From the NCBI GenBank assembly GCA_976226885.1, contig OZ320321.1, positions 12,338,001-12,402,000 on the forward strand: DNA of 64,000 nt, written 5' to 3'. The stretch is from Iphione sp. A-MEVVRFRX5 (taxonomy: Eukaryota). Position 1 is the first letter of the stretch. Each line of letters begins with the position of its first letter. The position numbers and the translations under genes were made by a program. Below are positions 37,872-50,822 of this stretch, piece by piece. The notes beneath the pieces were generated by a model. The model did no database searches and was not told the DNA's origin. It worked only from the letters and a program-made list of their open reading frames with translations.

Positions 37872-39117
37872 TAAACCTTTCCCTTTGTCCTCACCTTAGG
37901 CGCATGTCTTACCACCAGTGGTCATCTCAGATGTCCACCTGACCCCTTGTTTCTCACATTACCTTACCTTACCACTTGTTCTCACATCACATATCTATCT
38001 TATCCTCTGGTCTCACCTCAAATGGTCACCTTAACCTTTGTTCTCACCTCATATGTAACTCCTCATTGAAGATCTTTATAGAATTATCATGCACTGGTCA
38101 CAATGTTCCTTGTCACAGAGCATGAGGGAGCGTGGACTTAACGCATACCTGAACATAAGGCACAGGAATGCTGTTTAAACCCCACGCATGTACAAGTATA
38201 CCTGTATATGGAGACCAACGTTGTTTGATATCCTCTTTGAAACATTAAGATATAAATAAATATCTGCCCGATCTGAATATCTACAAGGCCAAACTTTGAT
38301 TGAAGTCCAGTCTATTTACATGACCAAGCTGTCCGAATACAGCAAGATCATTGAGACCACACTTATACCTTTGTATTATTTTATTGTGAACCTTCTGGAT
38401 CGCAGCGAGAGGTAGGGGCTGTCTGAGTTGCCCAAAACGTTGGTCTCAGTTCTGGGGGTTTGGAGATCATATATATATATTATACATAGTTCTAACCCGG
38501 CCTTAACTGCCAGTGTGTGATGAAAGAAGCCATTTCAGTCATGGCATTTAGAACCTTGTACTCCAAGCCTGTTTACTGAACATTACTTGTATCCTCACCG
38601 ACCTTGTGGCTACCGTCTCGATAACAGGCTTATTTTGTCTGTGTGTGGTCTCTGCTACTGCTTCCCTGCGGAAACCCTTGTAGGAATTCCTTTTATCTCC
38701 GCCTTTTAAGAAAATGTACAAACGTCTGCCAAAGTCAGGCTGATATGATCCCGTGACAGGGTCAGGGAACTGTAAGGATATGAAATGGAAATGAAAGTGT
38801 ATAAGATAATTACTACCTGATGTTATGTGATACTACAATCTATATATAATGCAATCATGTATTTGTTCATATTTCACTGTTCACCTTAGCCATTGGGGGG
38901 TTAGGGGGTCAAACCACACAATGAAATAGCTTTCTCTCTATATACAAAGTTTATATGATTATTTCCTGGACAATTCCTTAGGTAATTAAAAAAAATGACT
39001 GAAATAAAGTTCTAAGAGTGCTGAATTTTATGGGCAAAAGTCCAAAAAAGTTCTAAAAGTGTTGAATTTGGAATAATGAATAAAAGTGAAATCAAGGATA
39101 ATATATTCACAGACATT

Positions 39118-42106
39118 TGAAATGAAATGAAATGAAAAGAATTTTTATTCCGAGCATCGCCCTTAACAGGGCGCTTTTCATGATACAGAGATTCAGTTGA
39201 CAGCATTCTATGTAACTATTGTTATAGTTCTTTTCAATTGGTTCGAAGTTGAATTAATAGTGGTAAATCTTCATAGCTTCTATTCTTGCAATGGTTCTAA
39301 TCAGCTCACAATTTTCTGGCATTCGGAACATGACATCTAAGTTGTTCCAATACTTGATACTATTATAGCATATTGATTTTTTCACCTTCAAGTTTTTAGG
39401 TTTTACTAGGACAACAAGTGGACCAGCAGCATTTCTAGTAGGTAATACAGGTTTCAAAGGCAGTAGGTTGTTCATGACCATTGAATTCACCACACAATAC
39501 TGGAAAATCAATCTTCTCATAAAGGTGCTATCTATGTTAAATTTTTGGTGTAGGTCTTTCATAGATATATAGGCACCATTCTTATGTGAATTTTTATGTA
39601 TAACATAGAGAACTCTATTTCGCGCTTTCTGGAGCTTATCAAGTTTAGCTTTCTGGTTGGTATCCATGAAAATTGTTGAGTAGTCTAAATGTGGTCTAAT
39701 TAATGCCCTGTAAATATTCAACATGTCTCTTGAACTGAGCCTATCCTTAAGTTTCAGTAGTAGACTGATTTTCCTTGTCTGTCTCTGAAGTGTTATCTCT
39801 AGTTCTTCATCAAATTTAAGTTGGTCATCTATTACTACTCCCAGATATCTATATGAGGAAACAAGCTCGACAGTGTCCCCATTTAGTAGTACCTGATGGC
39901 TGTAATCAGGGGTATTGTTGTTTGGTTTAATGTGCATAATTTTGGTTTTCTGGGAGTTTAATAGAATCAAGTTGTCTTGACACCATTTACTGAAGGCATT
40001 GCAGACTGCCTGAGTTCTTTCAGAGAGAGCGGCTGCACTGCGGTCCCATACAATTACCATAGTGTCATCAGCAAATAACACTGATTCCTCTCCAAGAGTT
40101 TCTACTACATCATTGATAAAGATTGAAAACAGTAATGGCCCCAGGGTTGCTCCCTGGGGCACTCCATGACGATTTGCCAGACACTCTGATTCTCTGCCAT
40201 TGACCACACATTTTTGCCATCTATTGGATAAATAATTGTCAAGCAAGTCAGCCGCATGCGTTGAAAAATTAAACAGGTGTTTTAGTTTGGAAATTAACAA
40301 TTTTCTATTAACCATGTCAAAAGCTTTTTTTAGGTCAAAAAATATGATATTTGTCAGGTAGTTATTGTTATAAGATTCCATAATTTTATGTAGTGCATAG
40401 AATATTGCCTCTCTGGTCCCTCTATTCCTGCGGAATCCAAACTGTTTACATGATAATAGTTGATGATTTTCTAGATGGTCATAAATCTGCATAAATAGGA
40501 CCTTCTCCAGCACTTTGCAAGGCAATTGAAGCATTGCAATAGGCCTGTAATTGTCTACCGAGTTTTTGCTACCTGACTTAAATATAGGCACCACTCTGGC
40601 CGTTTTCCAAGCTGTGGGAAAATTTTTGGTGGTTATTACAAGATTAAATAGATGTTGTATTTGGTCAATAGTACAGAGCATCAAATGTTTGAGTAGGATG
40701 GTGCTAATGTTTTCCACATTAGATGCCTTGTTCTTGTCCAACTCCCCAACTACTCTTAGTATATGATCCTTTTGGATTTTCCTCAATTCAAATTCTGGCA
40801 CAGGTTTTGGGGTTGTTCCAATGGGTGGTGGGGTTTTGTTGAGAGTCATCGTTAACCTATCAACGATGCTTGTGAAATACTCATTAAAATAGGTTGGAGT
40901 CTCTTCTTCAGATATTTTAACCCTATCATTATGAAGCTTAATATTCTCACCCATTCTTTTACTAGTACCCATGATATTCCCTATTGTATCCCAGTAAGCT
41001 TTTGGTGACTTCCTTTTGCTCAAGAGTTTGTCCTTCACATAATTTGCTTTATGGGCTTGAATGGCTCTTCTCACCTGATTTTTCAGATATTTGGCAATGC
41101 GAGTTGTGTCTATGTCATTTCTGTTTTTAGCTTTCTTAATAAAATAGTTTTTTACTCTAATTTGTTTTTTCAGTTCAGTCGTAATCCAGGTCCCTGTTTT
41201 TCTACATGGCACCTCCTTTGATACTAGTGGACATATTTCATCTAGAACATTATTGTAACAGTTCAGAAGGGTTGCCCATGCTTGATCCACATCTTTGGTT
41301 TCATAGAATGAGTACCAATTACTATCCTTTAATTTGGAGTTTATTTCCTTTTTCTTCTTCTCGTCTACTTTACGAGCTGTAATTTTTACTAATTCGGGTT
41401 TGGAATAGCTTGCCTTTTTTATTTTTTTAACCACAAAACACAGATGATGGTCTGAAATGCAGTTCTCAAGCACTCCATTAATTGTTATGTGCTTGCAATC
41501 AGATGCTATCATATCAATTCTAGAGCTAGTGTTTTTAGTAACTCTTGTAGGCTTCGATATGAAGTTTGTTTATCCAAAGGCATGTAGTAAGGAGTTTAAC
41601 TTTTTCGTGTTTGGTTGATCAAGTTTAGAAAGATCAATATTAACATCACCAAGAATGTAGACTTCCTTCCTTGATTTAATTCTTTTTACTGTGGTTTCCA
41701 AACATTCAATGAAGTTATTAACACACCCGGACGGGGGTCGGTATGTATTGAGGATGACCATGGATTTCATGTTTCCTGGTTTTATGTGAATGACTTGAAG
41801 TTCAATGTCACCAGAGACTACATTCATGTTATCCAAATTGTCTATTACCTCATAACTATCTGAAATGTAAGTTAATAGACCCCCTCCTGATTTATCCAAA
41901 CCATATTTACGATCAAGCCTAAAATGATTGTATTTTTCAATTTTTAGGAGATGGTTGGGAAGAGAGGAATCAACCCATGTTTCCTGAAGGGCCAGAATGT
42001 GGAATGAGTATTGATATAACATGTATTCCACGTTTGCCAGTTTTCTAAACAAACTGCATACATTTTGTTGTCCAATACGTAGACCTTTAACCAGAAGTTC
42101 TGTCAT
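39118..42106 (-). mobile_element. Near-intact non-LTR retrotransposon of the CR1/L2 group: ORF2, 3' UTR and microsatellite tail
   Basis: ORF2 is followed by about 100 nt of UTR, AATAAA (39149-39144) and a (TTTCA)4 tail (39137-39118). Confidence 0.92.
39254..42106 (-). CDS. LINE ORF2 (APE endonuclease plus reverse transcriptase) with one in-frame premature stop at 41572-41570
   Basis: APE motifs GQQNVCSL, LALQETW, GGGL, YRPP, GDVNID. RT motifs NYRPI, QFGFR, FFDLKKAFD, GVPQGATLGP, LFADDT, YLGV. The two track ORFs are in the same frame, joined by *TNFISKPTRVTKNTSSRIDMI. Confidence 0.93.
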
Positions 42107-43559
42107 GCAAGTATGTACAGTATGTACTGAATATTGTCACAAACTATAGTCAATAGAGCTAAATAAAGATGAGCAATGAATGTAAAATATAAGAAAACAG
42201 TTGTAAAACTTGGTAAAAAACAAGGAAAATATCCTTTGATGACGGCAGTTTTTGTAGGACTATGGGGAGAGACAAATTAGGTGCTAATATTAAGTAATGG
42301 TGAGTGGTCACAACCAAGGATACGATATAAATAATAAATAACAATAATAAAGTGAGAAGTTTAGTTTACTTACTCACTTGAGGTTGCAATCAGACACAAG
42401 ACAAAATTAGTAAAATAGAAATAAAGATAAAGACACGCTGGTATGTCATTTAGAGTTAAGCCTGCTCAGTTTATTTAAGAAAGTCATGGTATAATATGTA
42501 CTCACAGTTGACCTATCAACATGTATAATACAGAGATACCAATAAGGGTATGTAAGGAGGTACTGAGAAATCCAGAGAAGTTGATCTATCAACGTCTCTT
42601 CCAATGCCACATATTATAGAGATTAGTTTGTTTTACTCTTAGATCAGCATGGCGTTAATAGGAGTAATAGCAGTTATAAAAGAAAAATAAATAGATGTGA
42701 CAATGAAAATAATGAGAATAATGCAAAAATGATGCCTGTGTTGAGCTATCAACACACTGTGTGAAGGTTACTGATAATGTCATAGGTAATGAGAGGTTGA
42801 ACTATCAACATCTCTTACAATGAAATATTCAAATAAGTTAGACAAAGCATTTATTGCTATAAGATTTTGTAGAAGATGTACATGTACACATTTATTGAAA
42901 TCAGTCAAATATATGTATGCATGAATATATTGTATGGAGAATATATGGAGTTATGTACATATGTAAAATTTACAGATCATTGGCCATGTGTATCATTCAC
43001 TTTTTCAACAAGAAGGGCCACTCCTCATAGATGGAACTGTCCATTCAGACCTTTAAAACCTATATGTGGTATAAAAAGGATATTTACGTGCTGCTAAGTC
43101 ATCATTTTTTTAATTGAGAACAGGCGGTAAGACAAACATGTGAGGTGAGAACAACAGGTAAGGTGACACGTCATTCATTATGAGGCGGCAGCTCCCGATA
43201 GAGAAGTACCGAAAGATTTGGTCGAGGATCTTATGATTGAATTGACATTTCCATATAATGCCAAATAAGTATCTTCATTTGGATAATGTTCGGGATCCAA
43301 GGCAACGTATTGCATGTACCTGGCAACCGACATCACAACAAATGACGCATTATGTATACTATAGAACATATTGTGCACTAACCGTCATTCCGCTCTCAAT
43401 TTTCTATATATATTCTCGCGGGAAAATTTAACAATCTCTGAAGGCTCACCACAGCCTAACAAGGACTGGATAGTTCCTACTAGCTGCAGGTAGAACCAGA
43501 GAATGCTGCGGGTGGGGTGGGGTGGGTGGGGGGGGATGTTTATCAAGGCTTGGGGGAGT

Positions 43560-44784
43560 GATTAAATCCTTCTACTGAAATGCACTTCTCAACTGAATTT
43601 GGTGGTGGTGGCGGTGGGGGCGGCGGCGGCGGCTCCAATCGATCGATACGACACAGATCGTCGGCCCTCAAGAGTGGCCAGCTTCATTCCCCGCTTCCCG
43701 GCCGTGCAGGGCGGCCTGGCTGGCAGGGTCGAGGTGTAGGTGCTCAGTTAATACCGAGCCCCTGCCAAGCCCCTGCAGCAGACCGGCAAGGGGGAGGGGG
43801 GGTCCTACTGGCGTGGAGTAGGGGCTACTCAGGACAGACAGATTAACAGGAAACGTCGGAAAACTAGCACCAAAGGTCTAAAAGACGAAGTAAGGGGAAA
43901 ATGCGCTGCAGTGCATATCTTCAAAGTATGATTCCGTGATGGAAATGATGTCCTCATTATGGTTGTCCGGGTTTACCTCCGGAAATTGATATTCCTGAAG
44001 ACGGTGGGAAATCTTACCCTTTTTTGGTGGTGGGCAGTGAATGATAGCCTAATCGTTGGAAATACAGTATTGTAACTAAAAATAGGAAATATTCACTCAA
44101 ATGTTGAGTATTCGGCTCGAGCCAGCCGTCCAATAGTCTCAGAGCTGGATTTCCCAGCCGTTGAGGCCCCCAGCAGCTGCTGGCACTCACTATGGACGCT
44201 TGGCCGGCGTCTCTTTATCCAGAACAGCCAGCAGCGACGCATGGCGTGATGTGAGAGAACGAGTCGTTGAAGGAGTGGCTCGCCGGGCCAGGACGTCAGT
44301 TGCCAGAGTGTGGTTGTTTACACGTGCAGCGCCAGACTGTCGCCGTCCTCGCCCGGTACTTCACGGGGGAGACAACCCCCCGCCGTGTCCTCCTCCTACT
44401 CCTCCTCCTCACAGAGGCGAGCCATCTCCTACTCCTCAGACTAGCCATTCACTCACAACGATCTGCTCCACGCGTGGACTCGAGTTGCTCTCTCGGCGTG
44501 TAGTAACCCGCCTCGTTGACTGAGATCCCCCCCCCTTCGCCCCGCAGGCCGAGAGACAGGTAGTTGAAGGCTCAAGCCGAGGCGAGCGGTTGCTAGCAGG
44601 GCGCCCGGACATGGAGGAGCCGGACTGAGCCGTCCTGGTGCCGCCCTCGCCCAGCGACGGAGGCGGTACCTGTCTGAGACCATCCCGGTACCCAGTCCCC
44701 CTGCAGGACAGACTGAGGCCCCCGGTCAGCAGAGCAACCTTCCAAGCACAGATTCAGCTGCCCACACGGAACTGTAAGGTAATA
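43560..44784 (+). promoter_or_regulatory. CpG/GC-rich island, probable promoter and 5' exon of the downstream claudin-like gene; donor AAG|GTAATA at 44778/44779
   Basis: Strong local GC/CpG rise, a splice donor at its right edge, and position 6 kb upstream of the GC-rich coding exon on the same strand. The linkage is inferred. Confidence 0.45.
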
Positions 44785-45258
44785 CCATTGGGAACAACAA
44801 ACGAGTTCACTTACTTGGTGGCGACATTACCTGAGTATGGAATTGTCCAGCTTTTTGCATGTATTCGCATGTAGACTATTAACGTTATTTGTTAAGGTCT
44901 TATGTACAGTAACTGACATCGTATGCGAAATTTCTCAGTATTTTTTATGCATTTTAATTTTGTTTGATGGTTATATTGGTAGGGGTATATCTCAGCGCTT
45001 TGATGAAGTATGTCATCACTGGAAATTGTAAGTAGACCGCACTGGAATCTTACAAACATAAAATATTACATCATAGAAGATATCTGACTGAAGCTGGAAA
45101 TTACCTCAGTAATTAAGTGTTTTTAAATGGATGGACCATAAATATATGATAAACTACTATCACTGGCAGTTGACTTAAATATACATGTACTATCTTTCTA
45201 TATTGATTACCTTGAAAAAGGGGAGCACATACTGGTCAACAGCAAAATACTGTATGTA

Positions 45259-45435
45259 CAGTGGAACCCCCCTACTAAGGACACCCTCTACAAAGGACAT
45301 CTCACATTATGTACAGGCTGGAATCAGAACCAAATCTGTATAGGCATTTCAAATACCCCTGCTATAAAGGACACCCCTCTTTATGGACACTTTTGGGTCA
45401 GTCACATTGCTGTCCATAGTAGAGAGGTTCCACTG
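45259..45435. mobile_element. Tc1/mariner (pogo/Tigger-like) MITE family B (copy 2)
   Basis: TA-CAGTGGAACC...GGTTCCACTG-TA; co-linear with 14086-14263. Confidence 0.88.
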
Positions 45436-46145
45436 TAACACCTTAGTGAGAGTCATGGTTGTTACAGGACTTTCTTGTGGTAGAAGTCTACTCTTACATG
45501 AGAGTGCTCTGTCTCTGGATTTAAATGTTAAAGCCCACAGAGTTAAAGTGTAATTCCAGATGAGGCATAGCTGTATTCATTGTGGGAGCCTATTTTCATC
45601 ATTAGGTGCTTTCAGATGAAGTACAGCTTTATTCAGCATGGGGGCCCATTTTTATCATTAGGTGAATATATATGCATGAAAACCGGAACTATCCAGGAAA
45701 GAATGATATATACATACAGCAGTTGTACAGCAGTTGGTAGTACTTTTCTGTCTCTTGGTTAAGATGTTAAGGTTCACAGAGGTGAAATGTGCTTTCAGAT
45801 AAAGTACACCTTTACTCCAGGGGGAGACTGTTTTTTTCTATGGATGAATATATATGCAGGAAAACCAGAAATATCCAGGCAGAGTGATATGGATGTACAA
45901 ACTGTGCAGGAGCCGATGACCTGTAGTCAGAAAGATGTTTCAAGTCATAAAAGTGGAGGGAGACTATCCACTTCCATACATAGTACAAACACAGATGAAG
46001 TTAACATATACATAGAGGTTACATTGCTCCAGTACTGCTACATAAATGTTAAAGTTTATCTACCACTGCTACATATAATTTACATTTCTCTACTAGTGCT
46101 ACATTTAAGTTACATTTTTCTACTGCTGCTACACTTAAGATAAAT

Positions 46146-46491
46146 TTCTCATTTCATTTCATTGTATCTTTAACCAGGGACTAGATATTCTCTATCACAT
46201 GACAGAGCTCTTCCATATCCTCCTGGGGTAGCATACTACCATCTATTGTTGAGAATTGAGAGACCAGAATACCCGGGACTGCCCCCTACTCTTATTTTGA
46301 ATAGCCCTTGGGGTCTTTTTGTACATAGGGGACAGAATCCTATACACCCATGGCCTTTTTACGAGTTGTGGACCACTCTGGGTTGGGGCTACAGTAAATC
46401 TGTCTGGTCGTAATCAAGAGTCCCAAGCCCGGGATTGAACCTGCAACCTCTCAATCAGTGGACCAGTGCTCTACCACTGAGCTAACTCCCC
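46146..46491 (-). mobile_element. tRNA-derived SINE (copy 2)
   Basis: Head GGGGAGTTAGCTCAGTGGTAGAGCAC...GGTTCAATCCCGG (A and B boxes), body matching 11505-11857, and an (AAATG)n tail. Confidence 0.85.
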
Positions 46492-47390
46492 ACCTTTTGC
46501 TCCATTTAATTAACATTTTCTACTACTGCTACGTTTAAGTTACATTTGTCTACCACTGTTACATTTAAGTTACATTTCTGTTTTACTGCTACAGAAACAA
46601 GCAATCAATGGTGCCTTTAGCCGTTTGCTTTCCTTGTTTTAAAAGGGTATTTCGATTAAAGAATTTCATTTTTATTTTAAAGTTTCCTCATTATAAATAA
46701 CTCATATTTAGAAGATTACAGACCTTTGAGGGATCGAAAAGTATGACAATATTGAGAACCTCGGTAGCCATATACATGTAAGTTGGGGTTTTTTTTCGTT
46801 ACTGGCTCGAGGCTTTCAGTCCATGCGGACTACGGTTCCCAGCGCGCTCCTGAGGAGCCTCCTGTTTACGGAGACTGCTCATTGATCATGAATTCCTTAT
46901 GCCCAGTGGTTGCTTAGCTCCCACTCTATGATCTTCAGTACTCACCGACTCGCCGCCTGCCCAGTAGCCCCCCACCCCTCCACTCCTCCTCACCCAGCAG
47001 GCTCTCCCATCCACCCCCACCCCCTTCAACTGGTCTCTCGGGAGTAAGACCAATCTACCAGGCGCCAAGATGGTCGGTGCGAAAGGACTGCAAATTGGGT
47101 TACACAACACCGTATCGGCCCCTGATAGCGTGTTATAGAAACTAATGCGCCATAATGACGGGGCTGACATAACCTCCATACCCCATGCCTGTCAGAAACA
47201 GAAGATATACTATCAATAACAGCATAACCGTTGCCGTGTGGAACCCCCCCCAAAAAAAATTTGGTGCTGGTTCTTGATACCATTTCGATTTATATAGTGC
47301 AGAAAAAAAGCACGGACAGGAAAAAACTCTAGGGCTGGTAAAAGTGGCAAGTGTGCAATTCTAATAACTTGTTCACCCAAAAGACAAATA

Positions 47391-47559
47391 CAGTAGCAAC
47401 TCACAGTTAAGACCACCAACAAAATTACCCTTAGCTATAGGTTGCCCTCCTACCTGAGTTGGTTATATTATAGAAAATATACCATGAGGAACAGCCAGAC
47501 TTTCCATTAATCCTGAGTTGCTCTCCCAGTTGAGTTGCCCACAAGGTGAGCTGCTATTG
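47391..47559. mobile_element. Tc1/mariner-type MITE family C (copy 2)
   Basis: TA-CAGTAGCAACTCAC...GTGAGCTGCTATTG-TA; co-linear with 35432-35610. Confidence 0.82.
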
Positions 47560-50337
47560 TATTTCTGTCACCTTCTACCACCGCCATCTGAATGTATACG
47601 ACCAGGTGAACTTCAAACGTCAGGGAAATGAAGTCAAAAGAACAAAAGAATTACAATTCTCCCAATAGCAACTTATATGGTGTTAGGCTTTTCACGTTAG
47701 CTGTGAAAACCACTTCAACTGTCTAAAGAAATCATTAGCGGTAACAATATGTGGGGTCATTCATTCACGATTTTTCAAAATCCAACACAACAGATTCATA
47801 TCTATCGACGACTGTCCCAATGTCTGGCCCCACTTTCGGCCGAAGTAGCACCAGTTTCCAAGAGCCCCCTGGGTTTTTTTCGCATATATACGGACAATCT
47901 TCACCGATAGGAGACCACCTCACAGCCTATCCACCACTTTCCTCCTGCCACATCCACACCCCAGCACCATCATTTGGGCAACCCAAGCATTAACCTGTTT
48001 TAGAGGCATTGCTAGCCCCTGCGGTCCGCCTCGCCCGTAGATCTTTTTCTTCTTCTTCTTCTGGTCAATCTGTAATTGGAAACGGACGGTTCCCTCCACT
48101 TATTACAGCCGGGGTTCGGTGAAGCCCAGCCGGCGCCAATTGGTAACACTAGAGGCATCGGCAGTCTAGTCACACGCCCTCTCCAGAAGGGGCGCTCTCT
48201 CCACACCCCACAGAAGGGAGAGAGGCTCCCCCCCCCGCCCTTCTACCGTCATGCAGTGTGGCACAGCTGTATATATGATCTAGCTATTGCTGTTTTCTAG
48301 CTGCACGAAAAGAGAAGATTTCCCACCATGAGGGAACCCAGTGGAAAAGGAAGACTGCTCTCTGATTCTGAAAACAGTCGGCAGTCGAAACAGATGTGGA
48401 AACGATTTGCTTCCCGGGAAATTATACTGGAGAGAACAAAATATGTCTACGTATGCAGGGAACGGTACAAGGTTTCTCCATAGACTTATGGAAACCAAAG
48501 CCAAAGATATTGCCACCTTTGTGAAAGGCAGCAATAGCTGTTACGCATCCAGAACTTTCCCATACAGCATACTTGTACCGTTATACAATTTGTGTGCATT
48601 ATAAATTCAACCTTCCCCAGAGTAATTGAGGAAAACATTACTCATCAAATTTAAATGAAAGTTTTGATTACAAGTAGATACCACACCAAACACAAAGTCC
48701 CAAGTCTTGATTAGGAAGTTGGCTTTTATTCCTGTAAGGAGTACAATTACTCGAGAGTTTCGATAGCGAATAAAACGTGCTTTAGATATTTCCATTCTCC
48801 TGATTTATTGCCTGTCTTTGGTTTCCATGTTCCTTTTCTTACTTTCTGTATGTGTCTGCTCGTGAACATATTTTCTGCTCTGAATGAGAAATTCCCGCAT
48901 GAACTGATAACAGGAAAGGCCAAATCAGTTCTTTTCAATGCCATCCAATGCCGGGAGGTCTGCTTGTATAAGATCATAGAGAAATGGATCTGTGGGTAGT
49001 CCCCTTTTTCCATCTTATTTCTCATTGGGCACTCATGTTAAAGACCAGCCTGTTGTCCACTACCATGCACTGACCTGGATTTCCAACCTGTGTTAATGTA
49101 AGAAGAGCCCGTTATCTACCATCATATATACACACCTGGGTCCTCTTACGATGTTAATTTACGACAAGCCTGTTGCCCTCTACAGTGCAATGCCCTGAGT
49201 TATCCACCAGTTTTAAACTAAGATCATCCTGTTGTCTGCCACCATACAATGACCTGGGTTCTCCACCAGTGTCCATTGTAGACATATTACATGGTCAATA
49301 TCGGAGATTTACAGGGTTGATTCCAGTGTTCAAGACGATCCTATTCTGATCTTTATAGAAAGTACACGTATCAGTGGTGACAAAATAACAAATCAGCAGA
49401 AAGGCTTGGAACATGAATGATATCTTCCGAGATTGATTATACAACTAAGACAGTCCCTGCCATTTCCCTCGGAGTAGTGAATATATTTCATGTGATTTCA
49501 TATTGTTTTTCCTACGTTGACTATCCTGCCTCCTGTATGACGACTCCGTAAATATAATACCCCCCACACTCAACATTCTACATGTAAACTGTCCGGATAA
49601 CGTATTGATATGAAATATTATTTAGTGTACATATATTCCTTTTAGGGACGTGCGGCTACCTGTGGTCAAAGGAAATCTTATGTGTGCACCGAACATACAC
49701 ACACACGTAGAGGGGGGGGGGGCTTTAGGTATATATCCGCCTGTCCACGTGTATTTGTGTTACTACATGTACTTGGGCTTAGTGGAAAGGGCACATTCTT
49801 GGTGTAAAACGCTAAAATTGAGACAAACTTTAGGAAAAAATATCCTTCAACGAGGCTTTGATTTCTCTTTGTGGCTCACCAGGTTTTCCTGGGATGAATA
49901 CAAAATATTCGAGCAGATTACAAAAGAATTCGCGCAGCATCATTTATCTTCCAGTCACGACAGCCCGGAATCGCGCGGCACACATAATATTAAAGATTCA
50001 CGTGGACTGGTAATAAAGTGGAAACTCTGAGGCTTGCCTCGTCTGAAAGCGATTGGAGCGAGTTATTGAATTTATACCTTTGAATCACAAGCGATGTTAT
50101 TTTTTTAAAACCGACCTTGTGAAAAAAATAGTTCAAAAATTGAATACCTACTAATGGCTGAAAAGATAAATGCATCATTAAGCACAAAAAACAGTATTTT
50201 AGAAATTGTTTTACCTTGTTTGAATTGTATTTCGTTATCTAGGTCGCCCACTAGGCTGAGCTGTGACTATACAACCCTCTTGGAGCACGTCTGATATCGA
50301 CAAGTTAGATTGACCCGTGTGGAGATATCCAACAGGC

Positions 50338-50822
50338 CCTCAGTGGGCTGCAGGGAGACCCACATAGAGAATTCCAGTGGACCTCAGTGGGATGTGGGGA
50401 GACCCACATAGAGACATCTAACGAGACTCAGTGGGCTGCAGGGAGACCCACATAGAGACATCCAGTGGACCTCAGTGGGCTGCAGGGAGACCCACGTAGA
50501 GACATCCAGTGGACCTCAGTGGGCTGCAGGGAGACCCACGTAGAGACATCCAGTGGACCTCAGTGGGCTGCAGGGAGACCCACGTAGAGACATCCAGTGG
50601 ACCTCAGTGGGCTGCAGGGAGACCCACGTAGAGACATCCAGTGGACCTCAGTGGGCTGCAGGGAGACCCACGTAGAGACATCCAGTGGACCTCAGTGAGT
50701 GCAGGGAGACCCACGTAGAGACATCCAGTGGACCTCAGTGGGTGCAGGGAGACCCACATAGAGACATCCAGTGGACCTCAGTGAGTGCAGGGAGACCCAC
50801 ATAGAGACAGTGGGCTGCAGGG
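50338..50822. repeat. 44-bp minisatellite, about 11 copies
   Basis: Unit CAGTGGGCTGCAGGGAGACCCACGTAGAGACATCCAGTGGACCT; period measured from 50473 and 50517. Confidence 0.95.

Noticed and set aside
38211-38447. 12-bp inverted repeat GAGACCAACGTT as MITE ends
   Set aside because: Short, with no TSD and no second copy in the window.
39118-39137. The LINE at 39-42 kb as the mobilising partner of the SINE
   Set aside because: On their sense strands the LINE tail is (TTTCA)n and the SINE tail is (AAATG)n, which are reverse complements, and no shared 3' sequence was seen.
46420-46491. tRNA gene
   Set aside because: A and B boxes are present, but it continues into a body shared with a second copy and lacks a clean acceptor stem; it is a SINE head.
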